The notes beneath the pieces are model-generated. The model was not told the DNA's origin. It saw only the letters and a list, made by a program, of their open reading frames with translations, and ran no database searches. From positions 62,001 to 120,238 of the forward strand of contig KV454018.1 in assembly GCA_001661245.1 (NCBI GenBank): DNA of 58,238 nt, written 5' to 3'. A program made the position numbers and the translations under genes. This document shows positions 30,573 through 43,010 of this stretch, in pieces (position 1 is the first letter of the stretch; the number at the start of each line of letters is the position of its first letter). The stretch is from Pachysolen tannophilus NRRL Y-2460. Taxonomy: Eukaryota.

Positions 30573-31932
30573 TTCGACATCTACCTCTCTATATCTCTAT
30601 ACCTCACCAATCCTCTTTATGCTAAATTGTTTCCCTTTCTTTATAATCAGCTAAAAATCTAAAAATCCAAAAATCCAAATTTGAAAATTCTCTTTTTAAA
30701 AGCTAGTTGTGATATTGATAATAATAAAATATCATGATGGCCTCAAAATACATATAATAATAATAATATTAATCTTGATTTGATTTTTGATTCCAAATAA
30801 GTTATTTTCTAAAAACCTATCAGCTCTATAAAACTCTTTCTAAATTCTGTATATTCACTAAAACTAAACCCCTAATTGACTAAAAGGGCGTGCGTGCAGT
30901 TGGTTATATTGTATTCTGTTGTATGTATCTCTCTTTATATACAAGATAAATGAAGAGTAGTTATTACCAACAAGATTGTTTTCTCTCAAAATATATGGAA
31001 AATTAATCTAGAGAACTTATTAGGTCACAATATACTGTGTAATGGTTTCCATTTCTCAATTTTAAAACAGAAAAAAGAATAGATCAAAGTGATTTGTTTC
31101 CGATGAAATTAATTAATAACTATTCTTATATTCTTATATTCTCATAATAGGGTAAATTATTAAAATAGCTTTAAATAGGTGGTGAAAAAAAATTTCACCA
31201 ATTTTTTTTTCTTAAGTTCTTTTTAGATGATAGAAATAGAAAAAAAAAATTTCTTTCTTTTATAAAAAAAGAATGAATGTTCAGCTTGAAAAGTTTGCCT
31301 AGGAAGCTACTTTTGTGGATTGAAGTTTTAGAATGAATAAAGATTTCGGATATAGCTTTGTATGTATAGTTATATGTAGAGGTTATAGAGAAGAGTATTA
31401 TTCATTTTAATGCTTCACTATTACAAAATTACAAAGAGTTTAACGTTGAACTTTGAAAGCTGTTAATTTTTTTTTTTTTTATTATCACACTCCTGTTTCT
31501 GCCCCATTTTCTTTTCACTTTCCATGGATTACTGGGTTCTAATTATGGAGAAGATCAAGCTGATCAATGAATCACCTTAATGATTTGATACTTCGTTATA
31601 ACCGATTTATTGATTGGATCGTGTGAATGATTTTTACGTTTCTAAGAGGGAAAACATGCTTAGTGATGTTCTTCCTCGTTAGTTAAGAATCTCACTATAT
31701 TTCGTAAATTCAATCTTGGCTTTTATTATTTTCTGATACATACATAGTGGAATCATAATCTATATTGGCCTTAAAATGTAAAGGGAAAAAAATAATACGA
31801 ATACAAAGAAGTGTACTCGTTTCAACGAATCAACCGATGATAATTATATCCTTCAAATATATATATATATATATATATATATTGCAATAATATTGTCCAA
31901 TAATTTCTCTATTTCTCTGATTTAAATCAAAC

Positions 31933-32454
31933 CTAATCCGAGTATTCTGGTCTCAAGTCAGAACGTCTTGGTTCCACCAACGGATGCAACTGACACAAGT
32001 ATGTGATTGCCCACATTAAATAACACATCGATAAAGTCAATATGACCGAAGATCTCCAAACACTATATCATTCCAATACTCAATATTTCCAATTGATTTG
32101 TTTTAGTAACTAAAATACTTGACTGCAATTATAATCCCAAAAAAAAAAAAACAAACAAATTACACTTACGTTTGATTTTGTTTTGGAGCAAAAATCCAAA
32201 ACACAACTGAAACTATTACTATAAGTATCAAAGCTGCCACAACAGTCCAACTATCCAACAATATCAGATGATTAAACAAAAATATCTGTTAGTAAAAATT
32301 GATCCATTTATACTTTTTAGGAAACAACACATTCAAATTCAAATTGGGTTTTTCTCTCTCAAAAAAAAAATATAAAATAAAAGGAAAAAAAACCACCTTT
32401 TTCCAATTCCTCTTACCCAATACATATCCTCTAAAATATCACTTACCCACTCAT
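31933..32454 (-). CDS. VMA9: V-ATPase V0 subunit e; 3 exons (32454-32447, 32250-32170, 32062-31933), 72 aa
   Basis: Spliced translation MSGWTVVAALILIVIVSVVFWIFAPKQNQTVWRSSVILTLSMCYLMWAITYLCQLHPLVEPRRSDLRPEYSD; both introns GTAAGT...TAG, branch TACTAAC (32294-32288) and TACTAAA (32108-32102). Confidence 0.96.
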
Positions 32455-32706
32455 TATCGCCGTTTTATAGTTCCTCTATTTATTACAAAAAGATTGAAAT
32501 TCTAATCTTTCTTCTATCTCATTATTTACTGCTTAATTTTATATATCTAACATTTTTGTAGTGTTCTTTTTTGCTCCCGAGTCCACTACCACTTTTTTTG
32601 TATAAAATTGATCAAGTTTGTTTAAACAATCAACTTTTGATTGATGAATAATAGATATATGGTAAGATATCGTTAATAGGGGAGCAAGATTGGTAAAAGA
32701 GAAGTT

Positions 32707-34251
32707 ATGTCTCTGGCAGCTCAGCAGTATCAGCAATTGTTACCGGAAGAAATATTGAAATGGATATATAGGGTTTTGCAACCTGAATACAAGGATCCCG
32801 TGACATCTTATCAAGATATTTGCTCGATATTAGTTCGCTTTAAATCAATAAGACCAAGAACAAAAGTTTATACAAATGAGCTTGGAAGATCTCAATTGTT
32901 GTTTAATTTCTATGGGACAGTTTCAAGTTTACAGAATAATTACCAGATTCCAGTTGAAGTTTGGCTTCCTTTTGAGTATCCTTTAAACCCACCAATAGCA
33001 TATGTTGTGCTCCCACTGCATTCTAATTTGGTTTTAAGACCAAATTCGTATGTGGATGCAAATGGACAATTCCAGCATCCTTTCTTAAATTATGAATGGA
33101 CTCGTATGGATCATAATCATGACAAATTATTAAAATTGTTTAATATTATGTGTGAATGCTTTGATCATGAATGCCCCGTATATTATAAGATTATTAATAC
33201 AAATAATTCAACTGAATCCTCTAATACACCTGTTGAAATACCTTCACCACCACTGCTACCCAATAAGGTTGGATTGAATGGTACAACATTACAACTGAAT
33301 CATCTTCAAAGAAAAATTGAGTCCCCTGTTCTGGCACAATTCCAACACTTACAAATTAGCCGCCAAGGTACAGGAGACTCTTCTAATGATGGGAGTATGG
33401 TTAATCATCACAATTATAGGACAATATCAACTCCTGTAGACTCATCTTCATCAACGATTTATCATAACATCCAGAGTCCACCTCCTCTTCCTGAAAAACC
33501 GCAACAATATGTTTCATCTACGTCTAATAATAGAATTACAGAACAAATATCGAGCTCAGCATCAGCTATACAATCACGTTCACCGCCACTGTCTGTGGGA
33601 AATAATTTCATAATAGCATCTAATAGAAGTAGTCCAGGGGTCCAACAAAGAACTCCAATTAACAAGCCGGTATATAGAGAAAATGATCAATTTTCATTAA
33701 TGGATCAAGATATTAATTCATCCAAATCACCAATGTTACCAACGAATCCGTCGAGATTAGAAGTTTTAAATTCATTACAAGGAAATTTGAAGACAATATC
33801 ATCTAGAGAACTCAAAGGAAATATACAAACTTTGGTAAATAATAAACTATATGAGTATGAAGAAAAATTAAGAATCTTGAATCAAGATTTTAATGAAACA
33901 GTAAACATGCAAGATTATTACACAAGTGTAATACAAAAAAACAATGAGATTTTGGATGACAAGTTATCTCAAATAAAAAAATTAAACAATGAATTACTGT
34001 TAAAATCAAAAGAAGAAATTAATGTTGATAACCTAACCGCAACACCAACGGTAAAACATGAACAATTGTACGATTTAATCACAGAAGATATGGCTATAAC
34101 AGACACTATTCAAAAGCTTTCGGAGCTCTACGAATCAGAAAAAATCGGTTTAAACCAACACATGAAGTTTACTAGAAATTTAGCAAGGGACCAATTCATG
34201 ATTAGAGCCTTATCGAAAAAAATTGTTGCTGACTTGGGATTGCAAGAGTGA
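32707..34251 (+). CDS. STP22: ESCRT-I subunit Vps23/Stp22 (TSG101)
   Basis: UEV domain (RPRTKVYT, IPVEVWLPFEYPLNPP, YVDANG), proline-rich linker, coiled coil, steadiness box (QLYDLITEDMAITDTI...RNLARDQF). Confidence 0.93.
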   Translation: MSLAAQQYQQLLPEEILKWIYRVLQPEYKDPVTSYQDICSILVRFKSIRPRTKVYTNELGRSQLLFNFYGTVSSLQNNYQIPVEVWLPFEYPLNPPIAYVVLPLHSNLVLRPNSYVDANGQFQHPFLNYEWTRMDHNHDKLLKLFNIMCECFDHECPVYYKIINTNNSTESSNTPVEIPSPPLLPNKVGLNGTTLQLNHLQRKIESPVLAQFQHLQISRQGTGDSSNDGSMVNHHNYRTISTPVDSSSSTIYHNIQSPPPLPEKPQQYVSSTSNNRITEQISSSASAIQSRSPPLSVGNNFIIASNRSSPGVQQRTPINKPVYRENDQFSLMDQDINSSKSPMLPTNPSRLEVLNSLQGNLKTISSRELKGNIQTLVNNKLYEYEEKLRILNQDFNETVNMQDYYTSVIQKNNEILDDKLSQIKKLNNELLLKSKEEINVDNLTATPTVKHEQLYDLITEDMAITDTIQKLSELYESEKIGLNQHMKFTRNLARDQFMIRALSKKIVADLGLQE

Positions 34252-34901
34252 ATTTCTAGAACCAAAACTTCTCCCTTACAGTCAATTCTCTACTGGAAAT
34301 TCCCTACAGACAATTCCCCTGGTAAAATTTTATCTAGATTTTCAAGATTATAGAACAGAACAACACAAGTAATGAATTAACTTAATGGAAAATAACTACA
34401 AACAGGCTTTCAAACACATATTACTCTTTTTGTAACTTTCTGGCGTATGTACACTACCATCTTTGTTCTCATATCTACCCACTACTTAACATTTTTAGCT
34501 TTAATATGATTTCGAAACAAGAGATAATTGAATTCAAACGAGAGAATGAAAGAAAGAAATAATTGTCTTTTGATTAGTATATACTTCTGGCTAAGAAAAA
34601 AAAAAGAAAGAAAATGCTTTATTCGTATTTAAAAATAAAGAGTGATTGTATAGTTAGTTATATATATATATATATATATACAGTTAAACAACAATAAAGT
34701 ACAGTATTATTTATTTTCTATCTTCTCAAAAGACAGTGTTTTAAAAATTTTTTTTTTTTTTTTCTTTTCTTTTTACTTAGTACTAACATTTACGCTGTGT
34801 TTAACTGTATGATAAGACAAAATACATGACATTATGGTCAAATTAGTTTCAAGAGGTTATCTTAAGATCAGTTTTCATACCGATATACTGTTTGCGGGAC
34901 C

Positions 34902-36317
34902 ATGTCGACTAAAGAATATATGATCAAGCCGGAGAATATAGCTCCATCAAATGATACCTCTGACTGGCCATTATTGTTGAAAAATTATGATAAATTATTA
35001 GTTAGATCTGGTCATTATACACCAATTCCAGCTGGTTGTTCTCCTTTGAAAAGAGACTTGAAATCGTATATTTCTTCAGGTGTGATTAATTTAGATAAGC
35101 CATCTAATCCATCTTCCCATGAGGTTGTTGCATGGATTAAAAGAATATTAAGAGTTGAGAAAACAGGTCATTCTGGTACTTTAGACCCAAAAGTTACTGG
35201 ATGTTTAATTGTTTGTATTGATAAAGCTACAAGATTGGTTAAATCGCAGCAAGGTGCTGGTAAGGAGTATGTATGTATTGTTAGATTGCATGATGCTTTA
35301 AAAGAAGAAAAAGATATGGCTCGTGCTTTAGAAAATTTAACTGGTGCTTTATTTCAAAGACCTCCATTGATTTCTGCTGTTAAAAGGCAGTTAAGAGTAA
35401 GAACCATTTATGATACAAATTTGATAGAGTTTGATAATAAGAGAGGTTTGGGAGTATTTTGGGCTTCTTGTGAAGCTGGTACTTATATGAGAACTTTATG
35501 TGTTCATCTTGGTATGTTATTAGGTGTTGGAGGTCATATGCAAGAGTTACGTAGAGTTAGATCTGGTGCTTTGGGTGAAAATCAAAATTTAGTTACTTTA
35601 CATGATGTCTTGGATGCCCAATGGGTTTATGATAATTCTAGAGAAGAAAATTATTTGAGAAGAGTTGTTCAACCTTTAGAAACTTTATTGTTAGGTTACA
35701 AGAGAATTGTTGTTAAAGATTCCGCAGTTAATTCTATCTGTTATGGAGCTAAATTAATGATTCCTGGTTTATTACGTTATGAGGAAGGTATTGAATTATA
35801 TGATGAAGTTGTATTGATGACCACTAAAGGTGAAGCTATTGCTATTGCCATTGCTCAAATGACCACAGTTGATTTATCAACTTGTGATCATGGAACTGTT
35901 GCCAAAATCAAGAGATGCATTATGGATAGAGATACTTATCCAAGAAGATGGGGTCTTGGTCCAGTTGCTCAAAAGAAGAAACAATTAAAGGCTGATGGTA
36001 AATTGGATAAATTTGGTAGAGCTAATGAAAGTACTCCAGAATCATGGAAACAAGAATATGTTAGTCATGAAAATGATGTTCCTCCAGCAGTACCAGAATC
36101 TAAATTAAAACCAGTAGAAGTACAAAAGGCTAAATCATCAATACTTGCTGAAAAAACTGAAGTAGTAGAGTCTGTAGATTCAACATTATCATCACCAAAG
36201 AAAGAAAAGAAGGAAAAGAAAGATAAAAAGGAAAAGAAAGAAAAGAAGAGAAAACATGATGATGAAGAATCTAGTGAGAAAAAGAAGAAGAAGAAGTCAA
36301 AGAAGGAAGAAAAATGA
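34902..36317 (+). CDS. CBF5: H/ACA snoRNP pseudouridine synthase (dyskerin)
   Basis: [35 protein letters not shown] domain, KKE/D tail. Confidence 0.98.
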   Translation: MSTKEYMIKPENIAPSNDTSDWPLLLKNYDKLLVRSGHYTPIPAGCSPLKRDLKSYISSGVINLDKPSNPSSHEVVAWIKRILRVEKTGHSGTLDPKVTGCLIVCIDKATRLVKSQQGAGKEYVCIVRLHDALKEEKDMARALENLTGALFQRPPLISAVKRQLRVRTIYDTNLIEFDNKRGLGVFWASCEAGTYMRTLCVHLGMLLGVGGHMQELRRVRSGALGENQNLVTLHDVLDAQWVYDNSREENYLRRVVQPLETLLLGYKRIVVKDSAVNSICYGAKLMIPGLLRYEEGIELYDEVVLMTTKGEAIAIAIAQMTTVDLSTCDHGTVAKIKRCIMDRDTYPRRWGLGPVAQKKKQLKADGKLDKFGRANESTPESWKQEYVSHENDVPPAVPESKLKPVEVQKAKSSILAEKTEVVESVDSTLSSPKKEKKEKKDKKEKKEKKRKHDDEESSEKKKKKKSKKEEK

Positions 36318-36583
36318 AATTAAAAAATAAAATAAAAAAATTTTATGCTATTTAATGGGTAAAGTAAGTTAAAATAATTTTTGCTTTTCCCTTTGTTTTA
36401 CTTTATTTTTTTTTTTTTTTGTTTCGCCTTTTATTTTATTTTCTCCAATCTCTTGTGTTCCGTGTTTGATTAGAAACTAGTTTATTTTGTTTGATAAATT
36501 TTTGCATCTTAGGGTAATTTTTATAATATGTTTTATTTTTCAGTAACAATTTGTAAAAAATATTTTATCAAAATGTACCACCT

Positions 36584-36654
36584 ACACCACTTACACCACT
36601 CACACCACTTAAATTAATCACACCACTCACACCATCCACACCATCCACACCACT
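36584..36654 (+). repeat. 9-bp-period ACACCAY array upstream of SIS1
   Basis: ACACCA at 36584, 36593, 36602, 36620, 36629, 36638, 36647. Confidence 0.85.
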
Positions 36655-36725
36655 GAGCGCCCCTCTGTTTTTTGGCATTTTTAAAAGGCCGCCCACTGTC
36701 CCTATATTTAGGGGCTGTTGATTTT

Positions 36726-36740
36726 CTTCCAGAAGATTCG
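36726..36740 (+). promoter_or_regulatory. Heat shock element (Hsf1 site) in SIS1 promoter
   Basis: cTTCcaGAAgaTTCg = three alternating nGAAn units ~350 bp upstream of an Hsp40 ATG; AGGGG (STRE) at 36710-36714. Confidence 0.8.
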
Positions 36741-37087
36741 AGATTAAACCATTGTGAACGAACGAGAAGCAAAAAAAAAAATCTAAATGATATGGTAAAT
36801 GATAGAGTTATCTTGCTATTAAATAAGTTTTGAAAAGGATTTCAAAAATAAATATATGAATAATTTAATCATATAGTTATTTATTTGAAGTCAATTCTTG
36901 TTATTTGTTTTTTTAAAAAGGTTAATTTTAAAAATTAGGATATAATATTTTTAAAAAAAAAAATTTGAAATATTGATTAATACCGATAATTATTTCATAT
37001 TTAAGAGAAAAAATATATAAATTTATAATAATATCTATACGTACAATAATAATTATTATTTATAAAGATTAAAGATTGACAAAGACA

Positions 37088-38149
37088 ATGGTTAAAGAGA
37101 CAAAGTTATATGATTTGTTGGGTGTTTCACCTTCTGCTTCGGATGCTGAGTTGAAGAAAGGTTATAGAAAGATGGCATTGAAGTATCATCCTGATAAGCC
37201 GACTGGTGATACAGAAAAGTTTAAAGAAATTTCAGAAGCTTTTGATATCTTATCGAATCCAGAGAAAAGAGAACTTTATGATACTTATGGCCTAGAAGTT
37301 GCAAGAGGAAATGCTCCTGCTGGGAATGGCAATCCATTTGCCGGTGGTGCTGGTGGTGCTGGTGGTGCTGGAGGAGTACCTCCAAATGGAAACTTTAGTT
37401 TTAACTTTGGTGGTTCCGGAGGTCATCCATTCTCTAATGCAGATGCATTTAATATTTTCTCGCAATTTGCTCATGGTGGAGGTTTTGGTAGAGATGACGA
37501 TTTTGGATTTTCTAACTTTGGAGGTGGTTCACAACCGTTTGGTTCATCTTCTAGTATGCCTGGAGGTATGCCTGGTGGTATGCCTGGAGGTTTTAGCCAA
37601 ACCAGTAGTTCAAGACCAACCAAAGAAGCTGATGTGGTTACCATGAAATTACCAGTATCATTAGAAGATTTATATCAAGGTACTACTAAGAAGATGAAAT
37701 TGAATAGAAAAGGTCGTAATGGATTAAAAGAAGAAAAAATATTAACTGTTAATGTAAGACCAGGTTGGAAAGCAGGTACTAAAGTTACTTTCCAAAATGA
37801 AGGAGATTATCAACCTGATGGACAACGTCAAACTATCCAATTTGTCATAGAAGAAAAACCACATCCATATTTTAAAAGAGATAATAATAATTTGAAAATG
37901 ACATTACCATTAACTTTTAAAGAATCTTTATTAGGTTTCAACAAAGAGATAACAACAATAGACGGAAGAAAAATATCATTATCAAAAACTCAACCAATAC
38001 AACCAAACCAAATAAGTACCTACCCAGGATTGGGAATGCCAATTAGTAAACATCCAGGACAAAGAGGTGATTTAGAAATTGCTTACAAAGTGGATTACCC
38101 ACTTAGTTTGACTCCACTGCAAAGAGAGGCCATTAATAATGCATTTTAA
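37088..38149 (+). CDS. SIS1: Type II Hsp40 co-chaperone
   Basis: ATG at 37088 [14 protein letters not shown] domain with HPD, G/F and GGMP regions, C-terminal domain, no zinc finger. Confidence 0.95.
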   Translation: MVKETKLYDLLGVSPSASDAELKKGYRKMALKYHPDKPTGDTEKFKEISEAFDILSNPEKRELYDTYGLEVARGNAPAGNGNPFAGGAGGAGGAGGVPPNGNFSFNFGGSGGHPFSNADAFNIFSQFAHGGGFGRDDDFGFSNFGGGSQPFGSSSSMPGGMPGGMPGGFSQTSSSRPTKEADVVTMKLPVSLEDLYQGTTKKMKLNRKGRNGLKEEKILTVNVRPGWKAGTKVTFQNEGDYQPDGQRQTIQFVIEEKPHPYFKRDNNNLKMTLPLTFKESLLGFNKEITTIDGRKISLSKTQPIQPNQISTYPGLGMPISKHPGQRGDLEIAYKVDYPLSLTPLQREAINNAF

Positions 38150-38854
38150 ATAAAAATAAAAAAAAAAGTTAATTAGGATTTTAAAATTATCACTATAACT
38201 CAGATATAATGTTGCTAACTGATAACATAGTTTCATCTCCTTTTTCCTCTTTTTTCTTTTCTTTTCTTTTCTTTTCTTTTCTGCTTTACATATATCATAA
38301 AAGAAGGTTGGGTGAGTTTGTATTAGACTGTTATTAAATTTAAAAATACTTTGTACCGTAATCTGGAAAAATAAAGAAAAGTCAAAACTCTTTTTTTTTT
38401 TATTTATTTTCCATTGGTTTTTTTCCTTTTATACTAAACTTCTTTTGCTCTCTCTATATACTGTTCCTTTAGTTTCTTCTAGTTGTTAATATTTCATTCC
38501 CTCCATATATTGTTAATAAATATATATCTTTCATAGTAATTAAGAAGTCTGTCAATTTCTCTTCCGGCCAAATATGGTTAAAAGTAAAGGTTTAAATGAA
38601 GCAAAATAGAAGTATGATGAATTGATTATGAGTAAGTAACTAATATTTATTTATTAAGTTTTGTATATTAAAGAAGCAAATCATTTTAACGAATTTTTTT
38701 GTCATTTGAGTTCTGTTTCATTCATTCATATCTTTGTTTTGTATTTAGAATAGTTTTCTATTTTTTTTTTTTTGTTTTTCTTTGCTGGTTGTATTTGATA
38801 ATTTGTGTATTATTTTTGAAAAAGTATACAATATAATATAGTATATTGAATTAA

Positions 38855-39766
38855 ATGTCTGTTATATTGGCATCTGCAGGTTATGACCATACTATCAGGT
38901 TTTGGGAAGCATTGACTGGAGTATGTTCTCGTACAATTCAGCATACGGATTCACAGGTGAATAGATTAGAAATAACATCAGACAAGAGATTTTTAGCAGC
39001 TGCTGGTCATTTACATGTTAGATTATATGATATTAGGTCTACTAATCCAAACCCAGTAACTTCATTTGAAGGTCATACCAATAATGTCACATCAATACAA
39101 TTCCAATCGGATAATAGATGGATGGTTTCTTCTTCGGAAGATGGAACGGTGAAAGTATGGGATACAAGGTCACCAGTTGTTCAACGTAATTATAAGCACA
39201 ATTGTCCAGTAAATGAAGTAGTAATACATCCAAATCAAGGTGAATTAATATCTTGTGATCAAGATGGTAACGTGCGAATATGGGATCTTGGAGAAAATCA
39301 GTGTACACATCAATTGATACCGGAAGATGATGTTCCTGTGAAATCAGTAAGTGTTGCCTCGGACGGTAGTATGTTGGTTGCTGGTAATAATAAGGGAAAT
39401 TGTTATGTTTGGAAAATGTTTAATCAAACAGACGTCACATCATTACAACCTATAACTAAGTTTAAATCACATTCAAAATATATCACAAGAGTACTATTAA
39501 GTTCTGATGTAAAACATTTGGCTACTTGTTCCGCAGATCATACTGCAAGAGTCTGGTCTGTTGATGATAATTTCACAGTTGAAACTACATTAAGAGGACA
39601 CCAACGATGGGTATGGGATTGTGCTTTTAGTGCAGACAGTGCATACCTTGTTACAGCATGCTCAGACCATTACGTAAGATTGTGGGATTTATCTACAAGT
39701 GAAACTGTTAGACAGTATAATGGTCATCATAAAGGTGTTGTATGTGTGCTGTTAAATGATGTTTAA
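38855..39766 (+). CDS. LST8: TOR complex subunit Lst8 (WD40)
   Basis: 303 aa; MSVILASAGYDHTIRFWEALTGVCSRTIQH, GHQRWVWDCAFSADSAYLVT. Confidence 0.97.
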   Translation: MSVILASAGYDHTIRFWEALTGVCSRTIQHTDSQVNRLEITSDKRFLAAAGHLHVRLYDIRSTNPNPVTSFEGHTNNVTSIQFQSDNRWMVSSSEDGTVKVWDTRSPVVQRNYKHNCPVNEVVIHPNQGELISCDQDGNVRIWDLGENQCTHQLIPEDDVPVKSVSVASDGSMLVAGNNKGNCYVWKMFNQTDVTSLQPITKFKSHSKYITRVLLSSDVKHLATCSADHTARVWSVDDNFTVETTLRGHQRWVWDCAFSADSAYLVTACSDHYVRLWDLSTSETVRQYNGHHKGVVCVLLNDV

Positions 39767-39901
39767 ATAAATTAGACCAAATAAAAAAAAAAAGTTTTTA
39801 ATTTTGTATTATATTACCTTCATTTCAATAGGACTGTAAATGCACAAATTTACAAGTCTAACAAGAAATCTTATTCATCACTGTCTTAAGTTGTTTCAAC
39901 C

Positions 39902-42148
39902 TTAATAATGTTGGAAAAAATCAAGGTTGTAAATATCGTCGGAATTGAAAACTTTACCCTTATGAGAATCTGAAAATCTAAATTTACCGAGCATGTTAAT
40001 ATCAACGTTTAATAAATTATTCAAGATCTCTTTTGAAAAATCCATTAAAACTTGATCCATCTTTGACTTCATGCTATTTTTGTCCTTCAATGGTTTCCGA
40101 TACCAATTTTGCAATTGTGGAAATAATCCACCTTCACCACTATAACAAGATTGTTTATAGACAAAAGTAAGTCTAGATGCAACTCGAACACAATGTGATT
40201 TTTCGGGATAACACTTAAGCAACCCATATAATGTGTGAATGGAGATCACAAAGCATGTCTTGATGAAAAGCTCCTGTATGTTTGGTTTGAAAAACAGGTC
40301 TAAATCACTTCTGTAATTGACAAATTTTTTTGATTCTTTATCGTATTTACATAGAAAAGTTGTTATATTTGAGATTTCAAACAAAAATTCAAGTAAAAGA
40401 TTACCATAACTGACTCTAAACGTCCCTTGTTCCACTAAAAAGTCTATTTCAAATAATTGAATCATGATTAACTTAAAATTTTTAAAAGAATCTTGCAAAG
40501 CGCTTTCATTAAATTCTATTAAACGAGCCAAAACCTCAGGTAAGGGATAGGTAAAAGTAGAAAACATTTTTGACATTCTAATTTCTTTGAACCATTTTTC
40601 CAAATAGGAATATTCTTCTTCGGAGGAAATTGGATTAATGCGATTATAATTGTTATCTATCATTTTAAAAATAAGACTATTTTCTGTTTGATTATTCACA
40701 TTTAATTTCATTTGATTATTATGATGGGGATCAATTGTTCTCAAGTGACTAATAAGCAAACATCTGTAAGACTCAAAAATTTCATGACAAGACATTTCTA
40801 AATTTCGATTACAAGCTTTACAAACGTGGGGCATCGAACTATTTCGTACATTGTAACAGTTTGTATCATGTTCAATAATTTGCAGAATATTGAAATCACC
40901 AATAATTGAATCACAATATGGACACTTCATAACCAGCATCTTATCATATTGACCTTTGCAACGAGGGCATTTACAAGTGAAAAAGAATCTATATTCCAAG
41001 TCTTTAATTCTCAATAATCGGGGTAAATACGTGAGGTTATAGTTAACAAATAGTTCCTCACCAACAGCTATTGGTTTCGTAGAATATAAGTCGACTTTTT
41101 CACCATTGAAAACACAAGCAACGTTTGGTTCACAGGAATGATTGAATAACGCAAAAATGCCGCTATCAAACATTTGGCCATTAGCTTCCTGAAAACAGTT
41201 CAAAGATATAGTGGAGTTTACAAACAAAGTATAAATATCGGATTTGACTTTTGCTTTCAATTTTGAAGAAAAAGAATCAAATAAAAGACTTTCAAGGTGA
41301 AAAATTATCTGATCTGCTTGAAATTTGTATTCGTGTGGTGAAGAATTAAATAATTCATAATTTTCAATGATTTCGTAATGATTTGTTAAAAGACTCATTT
41401 GTTTAGCAATTTTATCATTGCATAAAGACAAAAATAATAATCTTACAGTCATTCTTTCCATTGTAGTTGGAATTTCGCCGTATCTTTTTTTGAACAAGTT
41501 ATAGTAATAACATTCGTATTTATGGGTAAACGAGTCCTTCAGAAAGCAAATTTCTGAGCAATAATACGGGACGTTGCATTGTGAACAAGGAAATAACTGT
41601 TGAAAATAGGAACTGGATCCATTATTTATCTCTTCAATACCTTTTAAATCTAAAAAGCACTGTGAATAGTTGTTTTCTGCAGGGTTGCCTCCTTTTTCTT
41701 TGCAAACAGAACATATGGTATTCACGTAGTCGTTAATGGAAGTATCATATTTATAAGATTCAGGAATATTTAATGTTGGAGAAAAACTGTGAAATCTCGT
41801 CCCTGTATTCCAAATAATTTACAAGACAGAAAAATAAATCAGTATTTGTTAATATGCCAGCTTCTCCAAGTTTTTTAAAGGTTTCAAATATTACATACCT
41901 GCAATCATTGTTCTAGTTGCAGCTAAACCTCTGGTTTCGCAATCATCATTCTCATTTTTCAATTTTATACTAATAGGTAAATCAAAAATATTTTTAGAAC
42001 TCTTGCTTTTAGTAGAAACAGGATGATAGTTTTTCAATATTTCCTCTATTTCATGTTTGAGTTGTTCGTTGTTGTTCGGAAAGTCATGTTTTGCATGATA
42101 GGTATAGTTTTCATTTGGAATAAAATCTCGGTCAACAGATCCCAGCAT
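39902..42148 (-). CDS. SET and MYND domain (SMYD-like) lysine methyltransferase; 2 exons (42148-41899, 41802-39902)
   Basis: Intron 41898-41803 (GTATGT, TATTAAC, CAG) joins the 85-aa and 607-aa ORFs in frame giving RGLAATRTMIAG-TRFHSFSP; MYND (CSQCNVPYYCSEIC...HKYEC), FNHSCEPN, GEELFVNY, post-SET FTCKCPRC. Confidence 0.9.
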
Positions 42149-43010
42149 TCTCTTGAACAGAACCCTTGGGAACTTCCGATTTTATTTCTTAGACCTAATT
42201 ATATTTTTAAAAGAAAGAAAATTGAAATAATTACTGAACTCAATTGTGAAAAAGGCTTCTCAATCATTTAACTCAATCCATTTATGATTGTGTCAAGAAC
42301 CTACGCAAATATCATGAGCCGCACAAGCATTGTACTTTCTGCAATCTTTTTTTGAGCCGCGCGAAATCAAAACAAATAAATAGGCTTACGAGTAACTGGT
42401 AACTTTGAAGCTTTTAAATTTTTAATTCTCTTTATCTTCACATATCTAGGCAAATCAAAAGTAAAAAAGATATAAATAAAAAGATGTGAAAAATTATTTA
42501 AATAAAGAGAAGAATATGAAGAAGATAGAAAAAAAAGTAAGCCAGTCGATAATTCACTAAAAATAGGAAGCGTAAAGAAAAAACTCACAAAACGTTTGAA
42601 TTTTTTAAAATTTGCAAAAAAAAAAAAAAAAAAAAAAAAAGAAAAGCAAAGTTCATTACCATAGATATTTCTGGATATCTTAATCTATTTTCTTGTATAT
42701 TTCAAAAACAATTTCACGTTTTTGGACATATGAATGACTATTTTTGGGGTTTTTTTTCAAACACTCAGTTAAACGAAAATGAAAACAAAAACACCCAGTA
42801 AAAAAATATGTAAATTTTAGTTTCACTTAACCAAAAACACAAATTGGTACCACCCCGTTCAAAACTATGTATGCACTTTTTTCTATTTTTTCATGTTTTC
42901 TCTTTTTTTTGTTTTAATTTTTTACTTTTTTTGATCTTTTGTAATTTCCTTTTTTTTTTCTTGTTTTTTATTTTCTTTTTATGTCGAAATAAAAGCACCC
43001 GCAGTTGAAT

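Noticed and set aside
30600..31900. snRNA, U3, snR30, RNase P/MRP or tRNA gene in the long intergenic region
   Set aside because: Diagnostic motifs (e.g. U1 ATACTTACC, U2 GTGTAGTA, snR30 m1, tRNA A/B boxes) not found by eye; needs a covariance-model scan.
41891..42148. 85-aa ORF as a separate gene or frameshifted pseudogene
   Set aside because: It is exon 1 of the SET/MYND gene; the stop lies within the intron right after GTATGT.
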